Program-made: the position numbers and the translations under genes
Assembly: GCA_965217775.1 (NCBI GenBank)
Contig: CBDCJH010000002.1
Span: 1,440,001 to 1,504,000 of the forward strand
DNA: 64,000 bases
Reading direction: 5' to 3'
From: Acidobacteriota bacterium
Lineage (GTDB): Bacteria > Acidobacteriota > UBA6911 > RPQK01 > JAJDTT01
Shown: in pieces, positions 30,040-40,326 of the stretch
Numbering within the stretch: position 1 is the stretch's first letter
Layout: each line of letters opens with the position of its first letter
Notes under the pieces: model-generated
What the model saw: the letters and a program-made list of their open reading frames with translations, nothing else
What the model was told of the DNA's origin: nothing
The model's database searches: none

Positions 30040-30457
30040 TCTCCACTGGATTGATCGTGCTCACGAGAAACGGCTCCCCTACACCTGCCTGACCCGGAAG
30101 ATCGCCCGACCGGTACCCCTTGGTTCCGGGCAGCGAGCAGGACAACGGCGTGCCCGGCAAGATCATGGCCGACTGAACGGAGGATCTTTTCCGATCTGGC
30201 CACTCAGGCCTGGACCACCCGTCGGGCCGCCGCCTCCGGAAACATCCGGAACTCCTCCAGGGAAACCAGACTGTCCAGGTTCTGGCATTCGATCCGGCAG
30301 GGTAGGGTGTTGCGGTGGGTGAAATATAAGCGGAGACACTGGCGCCACAGCCGGGCAGAGCGGTGGTAGGGGGCCACGATGCCTTCGACATCGTCGTTCC
30401 AGTCGCCCGCAGACTTCTTGGTATCCGCGCACGTGGGAGTTCGGGGGTTGAAAACCC

Positions 30458-31909
30458 CTATGCGAGCAACTTGTCCACCACGTGTCCGCCCACGTCCGTG
30501 AGGCGGAATTGCCTTCCCTGGAACTTGTAGACCAGCCTCGTGTGGTCCAGGCCCAGCAGATGCAGGATGGTGGCGTGCATATCGTGCATGTGGATGGGGT
30601 CTTCCACGATGTCGTAGCCCAGTTCGTCCGTCTTCCCGATGGTGATTCCCGGCTTGGTGCCGCCGCCGGCCAGCCACATGGTGAAGGCGTACGGATGGTG
30701 GTCCCGCCCCGGATACTTTCCAGGATGCTCGTTCATGGGAGTCCGGCCGAACTCGCCGCCCCAGATCACCAGTGTGTCCTCCAGCAGGCCCCGGTCCTTC
30801 AAGTCCTTGATCAGAGCGGCCGAGGCCTGGTCGGTTTCCCGGCAGCGGGTCTGCAAGCCCTCTTTGTGAATGATGGACCCTTGCGCGATCAGTCCGTGGT
30901 GGTCCCACCCGTGGTGATAGAGCTGGACGAAACGGACACCCCGTTCCACCAAGCGCCGGGCCAGGAGGCAGTTGTTGGCGAAGGACTCCTTTCCGGGCTC
31001 GGTCCCGTAGAGACGGTGGATGTGCTCGGGCTCATCGCTGATATCCATCAGTTCGGGGACGCTGGTCTGCATCCGGTAGGCCAACTCGTAGGACGCGATG
31101 CGGGTCAGGATCTCCGGATCGCCCACCGCCTGGTATTGCCGCTGGTTGAGCTTTTTCAAAGCGTCCAGCGACCGGCGGCGCGCCTTTCGGTTCATCCATT
31201 CGGGGTCGGACAGGAACAGAACCGGATCGCCCTGGGACCGGAACTGCACGCCCTGATAGACGGTGGGCAGGAAGGCGGGACCCCAGCACGAATTGCCGGC
31301 GAAGACCTGCACCGGGCCCGATTGCAGGACCACGAAGCCGGGCAGGTCGCGGTTCTCGCTGCCCAGTCCGTAGGTCAGCCACGAGCCCATGCTGGGCCGT
31401 CCGATGAGATGGTGGCCCGTGTTCATGAACAGTTGGGCCGGTGCGTGGTTGAACTGCTCGGCGTGGACGGATTTGACGATGGTGATGTCGTCCACGACGT
31501 TGGCGAGGTGGGGCAGCAGCTTCGAGAGCTCGGCCCCAGACTCACCGTATCGATCATAGGAGTAGGGAGAGGCCAAAGCCTGAGGCGTCCCTCGCAGAAA
31601 GGCGAACCGTTTGCCGTCCAGCGTGCCTTCCGGGACGTTCTGTCCATCCAAGGCCGTGAGCCGCGGCTTGTTCTCGAACATATCGAGCTGAGACGGACCG
31701 CCCGACATGAACAGGAAGATGATGTTCTTGGCCTTGGGTTCGAAGTGCCCCGCCTTGGGCGCCATGGGATGCCGGGCGTCGAGAGCGGGAGCCGCAAAGA
31801 GCCGGTCGTCCATCAGCCCGGCCAGAGCGACGGACCCGATGCTCATCCCTCCCCGGAAGAAGAAATGACGGCGGGTGATGGCTTTCAGCATCTCCTGTTG
31901 GATTTTCAT
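30458..31909 (-). CDS. DUF1501 domain protein (Tat signal)
   Basis: [33 protein letters not shown]. Confidence 0.9.
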   Translation of the reverse strand: MKIQQEMLKAITRRHFFFRGGMSIGSVALAGLMDDRLFAAPALDARHPMAPKAGHFEPKAKNIIFLFMSGGPSQLDMFENKPRLTALDGQNVPEGTLDGKRFAFLRGTPQALASPYSYDRYGESGAELSKLLPHLANVVDDITIVKSVHAEQFNHAPAQLFMNTGHHLIGRPSMGSWLTYGLGSENRDLPGFVVLQSGPVQVFAGNSCWGPAFLPTVYQGVQFRSQGDPVLFLSDPEWMNRKARRRSLDALKKLNQRQYQAVGDPEILTRIASYELAYRMQTSVPELMDISDEPEHIHRLYGTEPGKESFANNCLLARRLVERGVRFVQLYHHGWDHHGLIAQGSIIHKEGLQTRCRETDQASAALIKDLKDRGLLEDTLVIWGGEFGRTPMNEHPGKYPGRDHHPYAFTMWLAGGGTKPGITIGKTDELGYDIVEDPIHMHDMHATILHLLGLDHTRLVYKFQGRQFRLTDVGGHVVDKLLA

Positions 31910-31927
31910 GAGTGCTCTTCCTCGCGC

Positions 31928-34900
31928 TCAGGGTCGAGAGATGGTTTCGTCCAGATTCAGGAGCACCTGGGCCACGCTGGTCCAAGCCATGAAGTCCTTG
32001 GATGCCGATCCTCCGGACGAAGGCCGGCTTCGCGCCGCATCCGACCCGGAGCCAGGCAGGTTCTCCAATTGGTCCCGGTACAGGGCCGTGAGGTCCTGGA
32101 GCTCCTCCTGCGAGGGCCGGCGGCCCAGGCAGAGACGGAATCCGTGAGAGATCCGGTCGGCGATTGCCGGGCCCGTCTCCGATACCATGCGGTCGGCCAG
32201 TCCTCGCGCGGCTTCCAGGAAGGTGCGGTCGTTCATCAAGTTCAGGGCCTGCAACGGCGTATTGGAGCGGCTGCGGACGACACAGGTGGTCTCGCGGCTC
32301 GGGGCATCGAAATTGGCATAGAAGGGATAGGGACGAATCCGCTTCAAAAAGGTGTAGAGACCCCGCCGGTAGCGGTCGTCTCCCCGTCCCGTGATCCAGG
32401 TGTCGGCCACGTAAAGGTTGTCCCAGAGTCCCGCGGGCTGGGGCGGGAAGACGCTGGGACCGTGCGGTCTCAGACTGAGGAGGCCCGCGGCGCTCAACGC
32501 GCTGTCCCGGATCATTTCAGCATCCATCCGAAAGCGGGGCCCTCGGGCGTAGAGCTGGTTGGAGGGGTCGTTTTCCCGCAAGGTCTCTTCCATCCGGGGG
32601 TCCTGCCGGTAGGTTGCCGAAGTGACCATCAAGCGGTGCATGGCTTTCATGGACCATTTCTGCTCCACGAACTCGGTGGCGAGCCAATCCAGAAGCTCCG
32701 GATGGGTCGGACGTTCGCCCTGGATCCCCAGGTTTTCGGGCGTCTTCACCAAGGCCCTCCCGAAATGATCGGACCAGAGCCGATTCATGGTGACCCTTCC
32801 CACCAGCGGGTTCTCGGGAGAGACCAGCCAGCGGGCCAGGGTGAGGCGGTTGGGCGGCGTCTCGCTCTCGGGCAGGGGATGGAGCACCGAGGGGACGCCC
32901 GGCTGGACCTCCTGGCCCGGGTTCAGAAAGCTTCCCTTGACGAAGACATGGCTGGTCCGGGGCTTGTCCAGCTCCTTCATGACCAGGCTGTTGGGTGAGG
33001 TCAACTGTTTCCAGAAGGCCAGAAGCTCAGAGAGCCGCTGCTTCTTCGGCGTCAACATCGGGGCGGTCCCGCGATAGTAATCGTCCAGGACCTTCCGTTG
33101 GTTCTCGGTCCGCCGGCTGGCGGGAACGGCCAGGACACGTTCCACCCGGGTCGGGAGCTTGACGTTTCGGGCCGCATCCTGTTCCCGGGTGACGGAAAAA
33201 CGAAAACGTCCGATGGTCTTGCCCGGCGTCTCTCCCTCATGCCTCAACCGGATGGTGAACCGGGTTCCACGCGGAAAGCCCAAGGGAGACTCCGGCGTGA
33301 AAATGGCTTGGCGTTCGACCCGGTTCTGGTGACTGGTTCCGCTGTTGGACCAACCGGTGGTGGGGTCGCCGTCCAGGGCGCGGCGAATGCCGAAGGTAAC
33401 CGGATCGATCTCGGCCGCGGCACCGCTGAACGCCACGGGCGAGGAGGACCCCGGCGCCGTCATCGGCTCAGCCCGGACTTCGAATCCGGTCAGCAGGAAA
33501 TCCCCCTCGGAATTCCGGCTCGAACCGCCGTGAGGCAGGCTGGGATCGGTCAAGGTTTCCAGACGGATGGCCGTGATCCCCTCGACCTGGGTCTCGGTCA
33601 CGACCACGTACGTTTCGCGGCCCGGTTTCGGTCCCGAAGCCAGCAGGGAACCATCCTCCTGGCGGGTCAGTTCCGCTCCCCCCAGGGAAAAGTAGGTGAC
33701 CGGGTCCAGGAAGCTCCAGGAGACCATGTCCCCGGCGGTCTTCGTTTCCCATTCCTTCTGCACCGCCTCCAACTCCGGCGTGGAACGTTTCAGCGCAGCT
33801 TTCAGATCCACGATCTCCCGCTCGATATCGGAGCGGTATGTGGACAGATAGTCGGCTGGAGGCAGGGTGATGCTGGCGCTATGCGGCCGTATCTTGGTCT
33901 TCGGATTGTTCTCCTCCATCGTGTTGTTGAAGAAGGCGAAGATCCGGAAGTACTCCTCCTGAGAGATGGGATCGTACTTGTGATCGTGGCACTGGGCGCA
34001 GGCGATCGTGCTCCCGAGCCAGACGGTTCCGGTGGTCTCGACCCGGTCCAGGATAGCCGCCACCCGGTACTCCTCCGCGTCGGTCCCACCCTCGGTGTTG
34101 ATCATGGTGTTGCGGTGGAATCCGGTGGCGATCTTCTGCTCGGGAGTGGCGTCGGGAAGCAGGTCTCCTGCTACCTGCTCGATGGTGAATTGATCGAAGG
34201 GCAGGTCCGAGTTGATGGCCTTGATCACCCAGTCGCGATAGAGCCACATGTTGCGCCGCCGGTCGTGGATGTAGCCGTTGGTGTCGGCATAGCGGGCCAG
34301 GTCCAGCCAGGGCCGGGCCCAGCGCTCTCCATAGCGGGGCGACGAAAGGAGGCGGTCGACCAGACGCTCGTAGGCCAGCGGTCGCCGGTCCTCGACGAAG
34401 GCGTCCACTTCCTCGGGGGTCGGCGGAAGACCTATGAGATCCAGGGTGACACGGCGGACCAGGGTTTCCCGAGAGGCTTCCGCGGACGGTTCCAGACCTT
34501 CCTGTTCCAACCGCTCCAGGACGAAGCGGTCGATGGTATTACGGACCCAGGCCGCATCCCTGACCTGGGGCAAAGGGGGACGGACCGGCTTGACGTAGGC
34601 CCAATGTTTCTCGCTGGAGGCACCCGTCCCATCGATGGACTCGGTCCAGGGGGCCCCCTGATCCAGCCAGACTCGGATCATCTCGACCTGGTCCGGCGGC
34701 AGCTTGCCCGTGAGAGGCATGGGAGACCCCGGAGCATCACCGACGATCTTCCGGTAGAGCAGACTCGAGGAACCGTCACCGGGCAGGATGGCCGGTCCCG
34801 ACTGCCCGCCCTTCAGGGCCGCCTCCCGGCTGTCCAGACGTAGACCGTTCATGCTCTGGTCGACGCCGTGGCACTGGTTGCAACTGGCTTCCAGGATGGG

Positions 34901-35041
34901 CCGGATGTCCCGGGCGAAGTCGAGGTCCCGGTCTGCGGACGAGGGAGACCCCGATCCGCTCATAAGAACAACGGTGTTCAAGCCGCTTAGAAAGACGAGG
35001 AATATCCAGTTTTGGAATCGCAAGACTCGCGCCCACCGCAT
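31928..35041 (-). CDS. PSD1/planctomycete cytochrome c, DUF1549/DUF1553 protein
   Basis: CNQCH, YGERWARPWLD, CAQCHDHKYDP, RSNTPLQAL. Confidence 0.9.
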   Translation of the reverse strand: MRWARVLRFQNWIFLVFLSGLNTVVLMSGSGSPSSADRDLDFARDIRPILEASCNQCHGVDQSMNGLRLDSREAALKGGQSGPAILPGDGSSSLLYRKIVGDAPGSPMPLTGKLPPDQVEMIRVWLDQGAPWTESIDGTGASSEKHWAYVKPVRPPLPQVRDAAWVRNTIDRFVLERLEQEGLEPSAEASRETLVRRVTLDLIGLPPTPEEVDAFVEDRRPLAYERLVDRLLSSPRYGERWARPWLDLARYADTNGYIHDRRRNMWLYRDWVIKAINSDLPFDQFTIEQVAGDLLPDATPEQKIATGFHRNTMINTEGGTDAEEYRVAAILDRVETTGTVWLGSTIACAQCHDHKYDPISQEEYFRIFAFFNNTMEENNPKTKIRPHSASITLPPADYLSTYRSDIEREIVDLKAALKRSTPELEAVQKEWETKTAGDMVSWSFLDPVTYFSLGGAELTRQEDGSLLASGPKPGRETYVVVTETQVEGITAIRLETLTDPSLPHGGSSRNSEGDFLLTGFEVRAEPMTAPGSSSPVAFSGAAAEIDPVTFGIRRALDGDPTTGWSNSGTSHQNRVERQAIFTPESPLGFPRGTRFTIRLRHEGETPGKTIGRFRFSVTREQDAARNVKLPTRVERVLAVPASRRTENQRKVLDDYYRGTAPMLTPKKQRLSELLAFWKQLTSPNSLVMKELDKPRTSHVFVKGSFLNPGQEVQPGVPSVLHPLPESETPPNRLTLARWLVSPENPLVGRVTMNRLWSDHFGRALVKTPENLGIQGERPTHPELLDWLATEFVEQKWSMKAMHRLMVTSATYRQDPRMEETLRENDPSNQLYARGPRFRMDAEMIRDSALSAAGLLSLRPHGPSVFPPQPAGLWDNLYVADTWITGRGDDRYRRGLYTFLKRIRPYPFYANFDAPSRETTCVVRSRSNTPLQALNLMNDRTFLEAARGLADRMVSETGPAIADRISHGFRLCLGRRPSQEELQDLTALYRDQLENLPGSGSDAARSRPSSGGSASKDFMAWTSVAQVLLNLDETISRP

Positions 35042-35117
35042 GCCGTCAACCTCGATTCGGGGTGTCGCGCCAGTATATCAGTCCAGGGCGAAAATCGTCG
35101 CGTTGGACGCATCCCCA

Positions 35118-35214
35118 GGAGGGGGGACATCCTTGTCCCCCATTCCCCGATCGCTCGTTCCGTTATCAACTCTACCTACGCCGGAAGAGAGGGGGTTAAA
35201 AACCCCCACTCCCA
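35118..35214. repeat. REP-like palindrome pair in a divergent intergenic region
   Basis: GGAGGGGGGACATCCTTGTCCCCC followed by GGGGGTTAAAAACCCCCACTCC. Confidence 0.6.
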
Positions 35215-35292
35215 TTAGGCGACCAGGAGTCGCCGCTCCTCTCGGCGCCCTGTACACTGGGAGCCTAAGACAACCGCAAGAGGGAATCGATC

Positions 35293-36567
35293 ATGGCCGT
35301 CGGATTGAGACGTATCGGCCCCGCCTTCATCGTAGGGGCCTGCATCATCGGACCGGGCAGCGTCACCCTGATGTCGCGCACCGGCGCCGTCTACGGCTAT
35401 TCCATGCTCTGGCTGGCCATTCTCGCCGGCGCCCTTATGGCCGGGTTTCTCGCCCTCTTCCTTCGCTTCGGACTCTACTCCCAAGAGACTTTCCTGGGCG
35501 TGACCTCCCGCAAGCTGGGACCCTGGTTCGCCGTGGTCTGCGGCCTCTCCCTGGCATCGGTGAACGCCACCTTCCAGTTCGGAAACAATCTGGGCGTCAC
35601 CGCCGCCATGACCACGCTCTGGGGTGACGTCCCCAAGCTGGTCTGGCCCGTGGGCTTCACCCTGCTTTCCATCGTCTTCCTCTTGGGCTTCCGGAACATC
35701 TACCTTCTGCTGGAACGGTTGATGACCTTCTTCCTGGTCTTCATGGTCCTGGCTTTCGTGGTCAATCTGCTGTGGGCCGGACCGGACTGGCCAGCCGCTC
35801 TGAAGGGGGCGTTCATCCCGCGGGTTCCGGAAGGCGCCGACTGGCTCACGTTGGGCGGCCTGGTAGCGACCACCTTCGTGATGGTGGCGGCCTTCTTTCA
35901 AGCCTATCTGGTCCGGGCCAAGGGCTGGAAGGAGGAGGACCTTTCCAGTGGGGTCACCGACACGGTACTGGCATCCGTCCTCTACACGGCCATCGGTTGC
36001 GTGATCATGATGACGGCCGCCGCCGTGTTGTACCCGGGCGGTTCGGTCGACAGCGCCGCCGGCATGGCGATGCAGTTGGAGGGCGTTTTCGGATCCCATG
36101 CCCGAATCATCTTCTGCGTGGGCTTTGGTACGGCCGCCTTCTCAAGCTTCGTGACCAACGCCCTGATCGGCGGGGTCCTGGTCAGCGACGGACTGGGGCT
36201 GGGAGGAAAGGTGAACTCTCCTTCGACCAAGCTCATCGCCGCGATCATCCTGCTTATCGGCATGGCCACCGCCGTCGCCATCCTCCAATCCGAGGCGCCG
36301 ACGGGTGCAGCGGCAGCGGGTTCCGCCGCCAAGAGCCAGTTGGAGATCCGGGCTCTCGCCCTGGCCCAGGCCCTGACTCTGCTGGCGGTGCCTTTGGGCG
36401 TGCTGGCGACCTTGCTGGCCTTCTTCGACCGGGACGCCATGGCAAAACGTCCGTTGTCGCTGCCGGAACGGGCCTTCGTCGTTGTGGGCGTGGCGGTGCT
36501 GCTGGGAATCGCCGGCATGACGGCCCTCAGGGTCGTTCCGCTGGTATCGGATCTGATGCGGGGATAG
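35293..36567 (+). CDS. NRAMP-family divalent metal transporter
   Basis: IGPAFIVGACIIGPGSVT..SRTGAVYGYSMLW, FQFGNNLG; about 11 TM segments. Confidence 0.8.
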   Translation: MAVGLRRIGPAFIVGACIIGPGSVTLMSRTGAVYGYSMLWLAILAGALMAGFLALFLRFGLYSQETFLGVTSRKLGPWFAVVCGLSLASVNATFQFGNNLGVTAAMTTLWGDVPKLVWPVGFTLLSIVFLLGFRNIYLLLERLMTFFLVFMVLAFVVNLLWAGPDWPAALKGAFIPRVPEGADWLTLGGLVATTFVMVAAFFQAYLVRAKGWKEEDLSSGVTDTVLASVLYTAIGCVIMMTAAAVLYPGGSVDSAAGMAMQLEGVFGSHARIIFCVGFGTAAFSSFVTNALIGGVLVSDGLGLGGKVNSPSTKLIAAIILLIGMATAVAILQSEAPTGAAAAGSAAKSQLEIRALALAQALTLLAVPLGVLATLLAFFDRDAMAKRPLSLPERAFVVVGVAVLLGIAGMTALRVVPLVSDLMRG

Positions 36568-36726
36568 CGGCGGGAACGGCGGCGTGGAGCGGCGGCTTTC
36601 AGCCGCCGACCTCCCAAGGTGACATCGGGGCAAGAATGTGAGGTCGACTACAAACCGCTCCTAACAAAAAGAGTTCCAACAGTTTCCTTCGCTCCATCCA
36701 ATCCCCAATAAACCAGCTTTTTCGGA

Positions 36727-36795
36727 TCAGAACTTAGGAAGTGATTCGACAACTCGCCGAATTTCATGCAGATATTTCTTGACCTCAAGTCTCAT
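36727..36795 (-). pseudogene. Truncated HepT/DUF86 (HEPN) toxin remnant
   Basis: ATG overlaps the end of the MNT gene; MRLEVKKYLHEIRRVVESLPKF* resembles a DUF86 N-terminus but stops after 22 aa. Confidence 0.6.
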
Positions 36796-37093
36796 AGATC
36801 GGTGTCTTGGTCTCCTCGACGGATTGCCGGAAGTATGGGTTTCGGATGGCTGAGCCGACCACGAGGTCCACGGGTCGTCCGAAGAGACCGTTCAGGGCTT
36901 CCAGCAGGCTGAAATAGGTGTCGGCATAGGCGCCGGCAGGCAGCGGCTGGAATTCAACCAGGAAATCGAGGTCGCTATTCTCCGTTTGATCGCGGAACGT
37001 CGCGGCCGAACCAAACAACTCAAGCCTCCGTACACGGTAACGAAGGCAAAGCTCCTCCAGTTCGCCAGTGTGCTTTTCGATGATCCGAATCAT
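36785..37093 (-). CDS. Minimal nucleotidyltransferase (MntA-like antitoxin)
   Basis: LELFGSAA...SDLDFLVEF, LFGRPVDLV, IRNPYF. Confidence 0.85.
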   Translation of the reverse strand: MIRIIEKHTGELEELCLRYRVRRLELFGSAATFRDQTENSDLDFLVEFQPLPAGAYADTYFSLLEALNGLFGRPVDLVVGSAIRNPYFRQSVEETKTPIYET

Positions 37094-37321
37094 TGCCTGT
37101 TCTCCCTCCCGACATGATAACCGCAATCGAGCTAAATTCGCCCTCATCACCAACCTCAAAGAGAATTCCAACCATCTTTCTCGCATACTCACTCGAACGC
37201 TTCACTATTCCGGAGCCACAATAGGTCGAAGCAAATTGCGACGCTCTGTAGACTAAGTGCGGTACTGACGGGGTCAGTGATCCTGCAAGCACAGTCGCGC
37301 AAGAGGGTTAGGGAATCAGGT

Positions 37322-38701
37322 ATGGAGACGGATATTCGGATCCTGGAGATTCAGCAGTATTTCACCCGGGAGCAATCCCGGACGCCCCTGAAGTTTGGTG
37401 GGGTGGTCATGGACTCGGCTTGGCTCTGTCATGTTCGGGTCCTGGTGGAGAACCGGCGGGGACAGAAAGGAGAAGGCTGGGGAGCCATCTTTCTGTCCGA
37501 CGTCTGGGGCTGGCCCTCGAGCCGCGTGGACCATCCACAGCGGGAGAATCTGATGGTCCAACTGGTGACGTCCTGGTGCCGGCGTCTCGGCGAAGTCCGG
37601 GAATTCGCCCACCCCATTGACCTCTTCTGGGAACTGGAGCCGGAGTTGGAGTCCCTGACACACGACATTTGTCGGGACGCGGGCGCCGCCGAGGAGATGC
37701 CCCGGCTCAACGCCCTCATCTGCGCCTCTGCCGCCGATGCCGCCGTCCACGACGCCTTTGGAAACGCGGCAGGCATCGACACCTACCTGGGCTACGGCCC
37801 CGAGCACATGGATCACGACCTCTCCCGCTGGTTGGGGCCTTCCTACGCGGAACGCTACGTGGCGGATTTTCTCCATCCTTTGCCGGAACAGGTGGATGCC
37901 TTCCACCTGGTGGGGGGCATGGACAAGCTCTCGGAAACCGAAGTCACGGCAGAAGATCCCGACGACGGCCTGCCCGTTTCCCTGGACCAATGGATCCGTT
38001 ACGAGGCGCTCCGCTGCCTGAAGGTCAAGCTTGTCGGTACCGACCTGGAGTGGGATCTCAACAGGCTGCTGGAAGTCTACCGCTTGGCCCGGACCGAGCA
38101 ACGACACCTGGATATCGATGAACTGTGGCTCACGGCGGACACGAACGAGATGTGCGACACGCCCCAGTACATGGTGGAGCTTCTGGTCCGGTTTAGGGAG
38201 GAAAATCGGTCCGCGTTCGACTCTCTGCTCTACGTCGAACAACCGTGCGAGCGGGACCTGCGAAAACGAATGCTGGACATGACGAAACTGCGGCAGATCA
38301 AGCCGGTCATCGTGGACGAGGCCCTGAGCTCGCTGGAGGACCTGGAGCTGGCGCTGGAACTCGGCTACAGCGGTCTGGCCCTGAAGACCTGCAAGTGCCA
38401 GTCGGCCGAGCTGGTACTGGCGTCCCGAGCCGCCGCGGCCGGCGTTCCATTCGCGGTGCAGGATTTGACGAACCCGGGCATCGCACTGCTCCAGTCGGCT
38501 GGCTTGGCGGGCCGGCTGCAGACCATTCGCGGTGTCGAGTCCAACAGCCGGCAGTTCTTTCCCGCCAGCAGCGAGCCGGAGCGGGCAGTCCACCCCGGTT
38601 TCTTCAAACTGGAGCAGGGAAGGATCCGAACATCGACGCTCCGGGGGACGGGGCTCGGCTACCAGTGGCACCGGATCGACCGCCGATTTCAAACAACCTG
38701 A
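37322..38701 (+). CDS. Mandelate racemase/muconate lactonizing (enolase superfamily) protein
   Basis: LKVKL (KxK), ADTNE, YVEQP, VDE, ALKTCKCQS. Confidence 0.8.
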   Translation: METDIRILEIQQYFTREQSRTPLKFGGVVMDSAWLCHVRVLVENRRGQKGEGWGAIFLSDVWGWPSSRVDHPQRENLMVQLVTSWCRRLGEVREFAHPIDLFWELEPELESLTHDICRDAGAAEEMPRLNALICASAADAAVHDAFGNAAGIDTYLGYGPEHMDHDLSRWLGPSYAERYVADFLHPLPEQVDAFHLVGGMDKLSETEVTAEDPDDGLPVSLDQWIRYEALRCLKVKLVGTDLEWDLNRLLEVYRLARTEQRHLDIDELWLTADTNEMCDTPQYMVELLVRFREENRSAFDSLLYVEQPCERDLRKRMLDMTKLRQIKPVIVDEALSSLEDLELALELGYSGLALKTCKCQSAELVLASRAAAAGVPFAVQDLTNPGIALLQSAGLAGRLQTIRGVESNSRQFFPASSEPERAVHPGFFKLEQGRIRTSTLRGTGLGYQWHRIDRRFQTT

Positions 38702-38891
38702 CGTCGTGGTAACCTGATTCTAAAGGAGCGGCGACTGGGAGCGGCGGCTTTCTTGTCGCCGAACTCCCAAATTATCAAGGTGGCACGAGGGAACGGGCGG
38801 GCGAGTGAAAGGGCGACAGGAAGGTCCCCCTCATAGACGCCCAAAAGGAATACCCGAAAATATTTCTTCAACAGATCAAGGAGGATCAGCC

Positions 38892-39674
38892 ATGGCGACG
38901 ATACAGACGTCCGTAGTCTCCGAGATTCCTCGGGAAATAGATGCTGTCGAACGGGACCTCCGAGTCCAGCTCGCGGCGTGCTACCGGATCGTGGACTACT
39001 TCGGCTGGTGCGAGCTGATCTACGGGCATCTCTCGCTACGCGTGCCCGGTCCCGATCACCACTTTCTGATCAACCCCTACGGCCTGCGTTACGACGAGAT
39101 CACGGCTTCCAGCCTGGTGAAGATCGACCTGGACGGGAATCTCGTCGAGCCCTCCGACTATCCCTTCAACCCGGCCGGGTTCGTCATCCACAGCGCGATC
39201 CACGAACACCGGGAGGATGCCCACTGCGTGATCCATACCCATACGCGGGCCGGAATGGCCGTGGCGGCGCTGGAATGCGGACTCCTGAACATCAGCATGA
39301 ACGCCACCAGCTTCTACAACAACGTCGGCTACCACGACTATGAGGGCTCTCAGCTCTTTCTGGAGGAGCGCAAGAAGCTCGCCCAGGACCTGGGAACGGC
39401 GAACGGCATGATCCTGCGCAACCATGGTCTGCTGAGCGTGGGAAGGACCGTCGCCGAGGCGTTCCTGCACATCTACCGTTTGGAGCGGGCCTGCCAGGTC
39501 CAACTCGACGCCATGGCCTGCCGGCAGAACCTGTTGATCCCGTCCGAGTCGGTCGTCAAGCGGTCGGCGGATCAGATGGATGATTTCGCCCAGTGCGCCG
39601 CTGACCTGGGCAAACTGGAGTTTGACGCCCTGATTCGGCTCATGGACCAGAGGGACCCCTCGTTCCGCAACTGA
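38892..39674 (+). CDS. Class II aldolase/adducin family protein
   Basis: GFVIHSAIH, CVIHTH, LRNHGLL, LERACQVQ. Confidence 0.9.
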   Translation: MATIQTSVVSEIPREIDAVERDLRVQLAACYRIVDYFGWCELIYGHLSLRVPGPDHHFLINPYGLRYDEITASSLVKIDLDGNLVEPSDYPFNPAGFVIHSAIHEHREDAHCVIHTHTRAGMAVAALECGLLNISMNATSFYNNVGYHDYEGSQLFLEERKKLAQDLGTANGMILRNHGLLSVGRTVAEAFLHIYRLERACQVQLDAMACRQNLLIPSESVVKRSADQMDDFAQCAADLGKLEFDALIRLMDQRDPSFRN

Positions 39675-39737
39675 GCCCGGCTTCTCTGAATCGATTCGAG
39701 CGTACCGGTCCGAAGGCTCCCGTAAGGCAACCAAGCG

Positions 39738-40091
39738 ATGAGATTCCTGCGGCTCATCGGTGCCGTAGCCCTGTCAGTCCTCCTGTACGGAAGATTGGCG
39801 TCCCTGGATCAGTACGTGGGTCCCCCACTGTACCGGCCACTGCACTTCCTGGGCTTTCTGGTCACCGGAGTGGTCATCTACCTCGTCCTTCTCCCCAAGA
39901 AAAAGCGGGTCTGGACCCGGCGGGACTCGACCTTTGTCACAGCCAGCGCGTTCACCGCGGCTGCCGTTTGGGTCTACGAGTTCCTGTTCTCCTACCAAGT
40001 GAGCCATCTGGGGGGAATCATGATCTACATGATCCCGTTGGCAGTCTTCATCCTTGGCCGGTGGATAACGATGTCGAAAGGTGACGCGTGA
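39738..40091 (+). CDS. Small hypothetical membrane protein (about 4 TM)
   Basis: 117 aa, four hydrophobic segments, basic loop KKKR. Confidence 0.6.
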   Translation: MRFLRLIGAVALSVLLYGRLASLDQYVGPPLYRPLHFLGFLVTGVVIYLVLLPKKKRVWTRRDSTFVTASAFTAAAVWVYEFLFSYQVSHLGGIMIYMIPLAVFILGRWITMSKGDA

Positions 40092-40326
40092 CGCGTTCGT
40101 CACGGACCGGCGTTCGCCGGGTGCTGATCCAGCCGCCCGGAGACGTCCGTGAGGCGGAAGTCACGACCGCTATCGTCAAATCGAAAATCGACTGGCACTA
40201 TCCGAGCGGACCATCGAGATTCGCACTCGGCACACAGTGGGTTCTGAAAACCAGGGCACAGCATCCTCCCTACCGATCCGGAACACACGTAGGCCATCTT
40301 GTAGCAACAACAAATTGTCTGACGCC

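Noticed and set aside
30204-30206. Second in-frame TGA joining minus-strand ORFs 30204..30908 and 29925..30203
   Set aside because: Both ORFs overlap real genes, there is no domain continuity, and no SECIS-like hairpin is evident.
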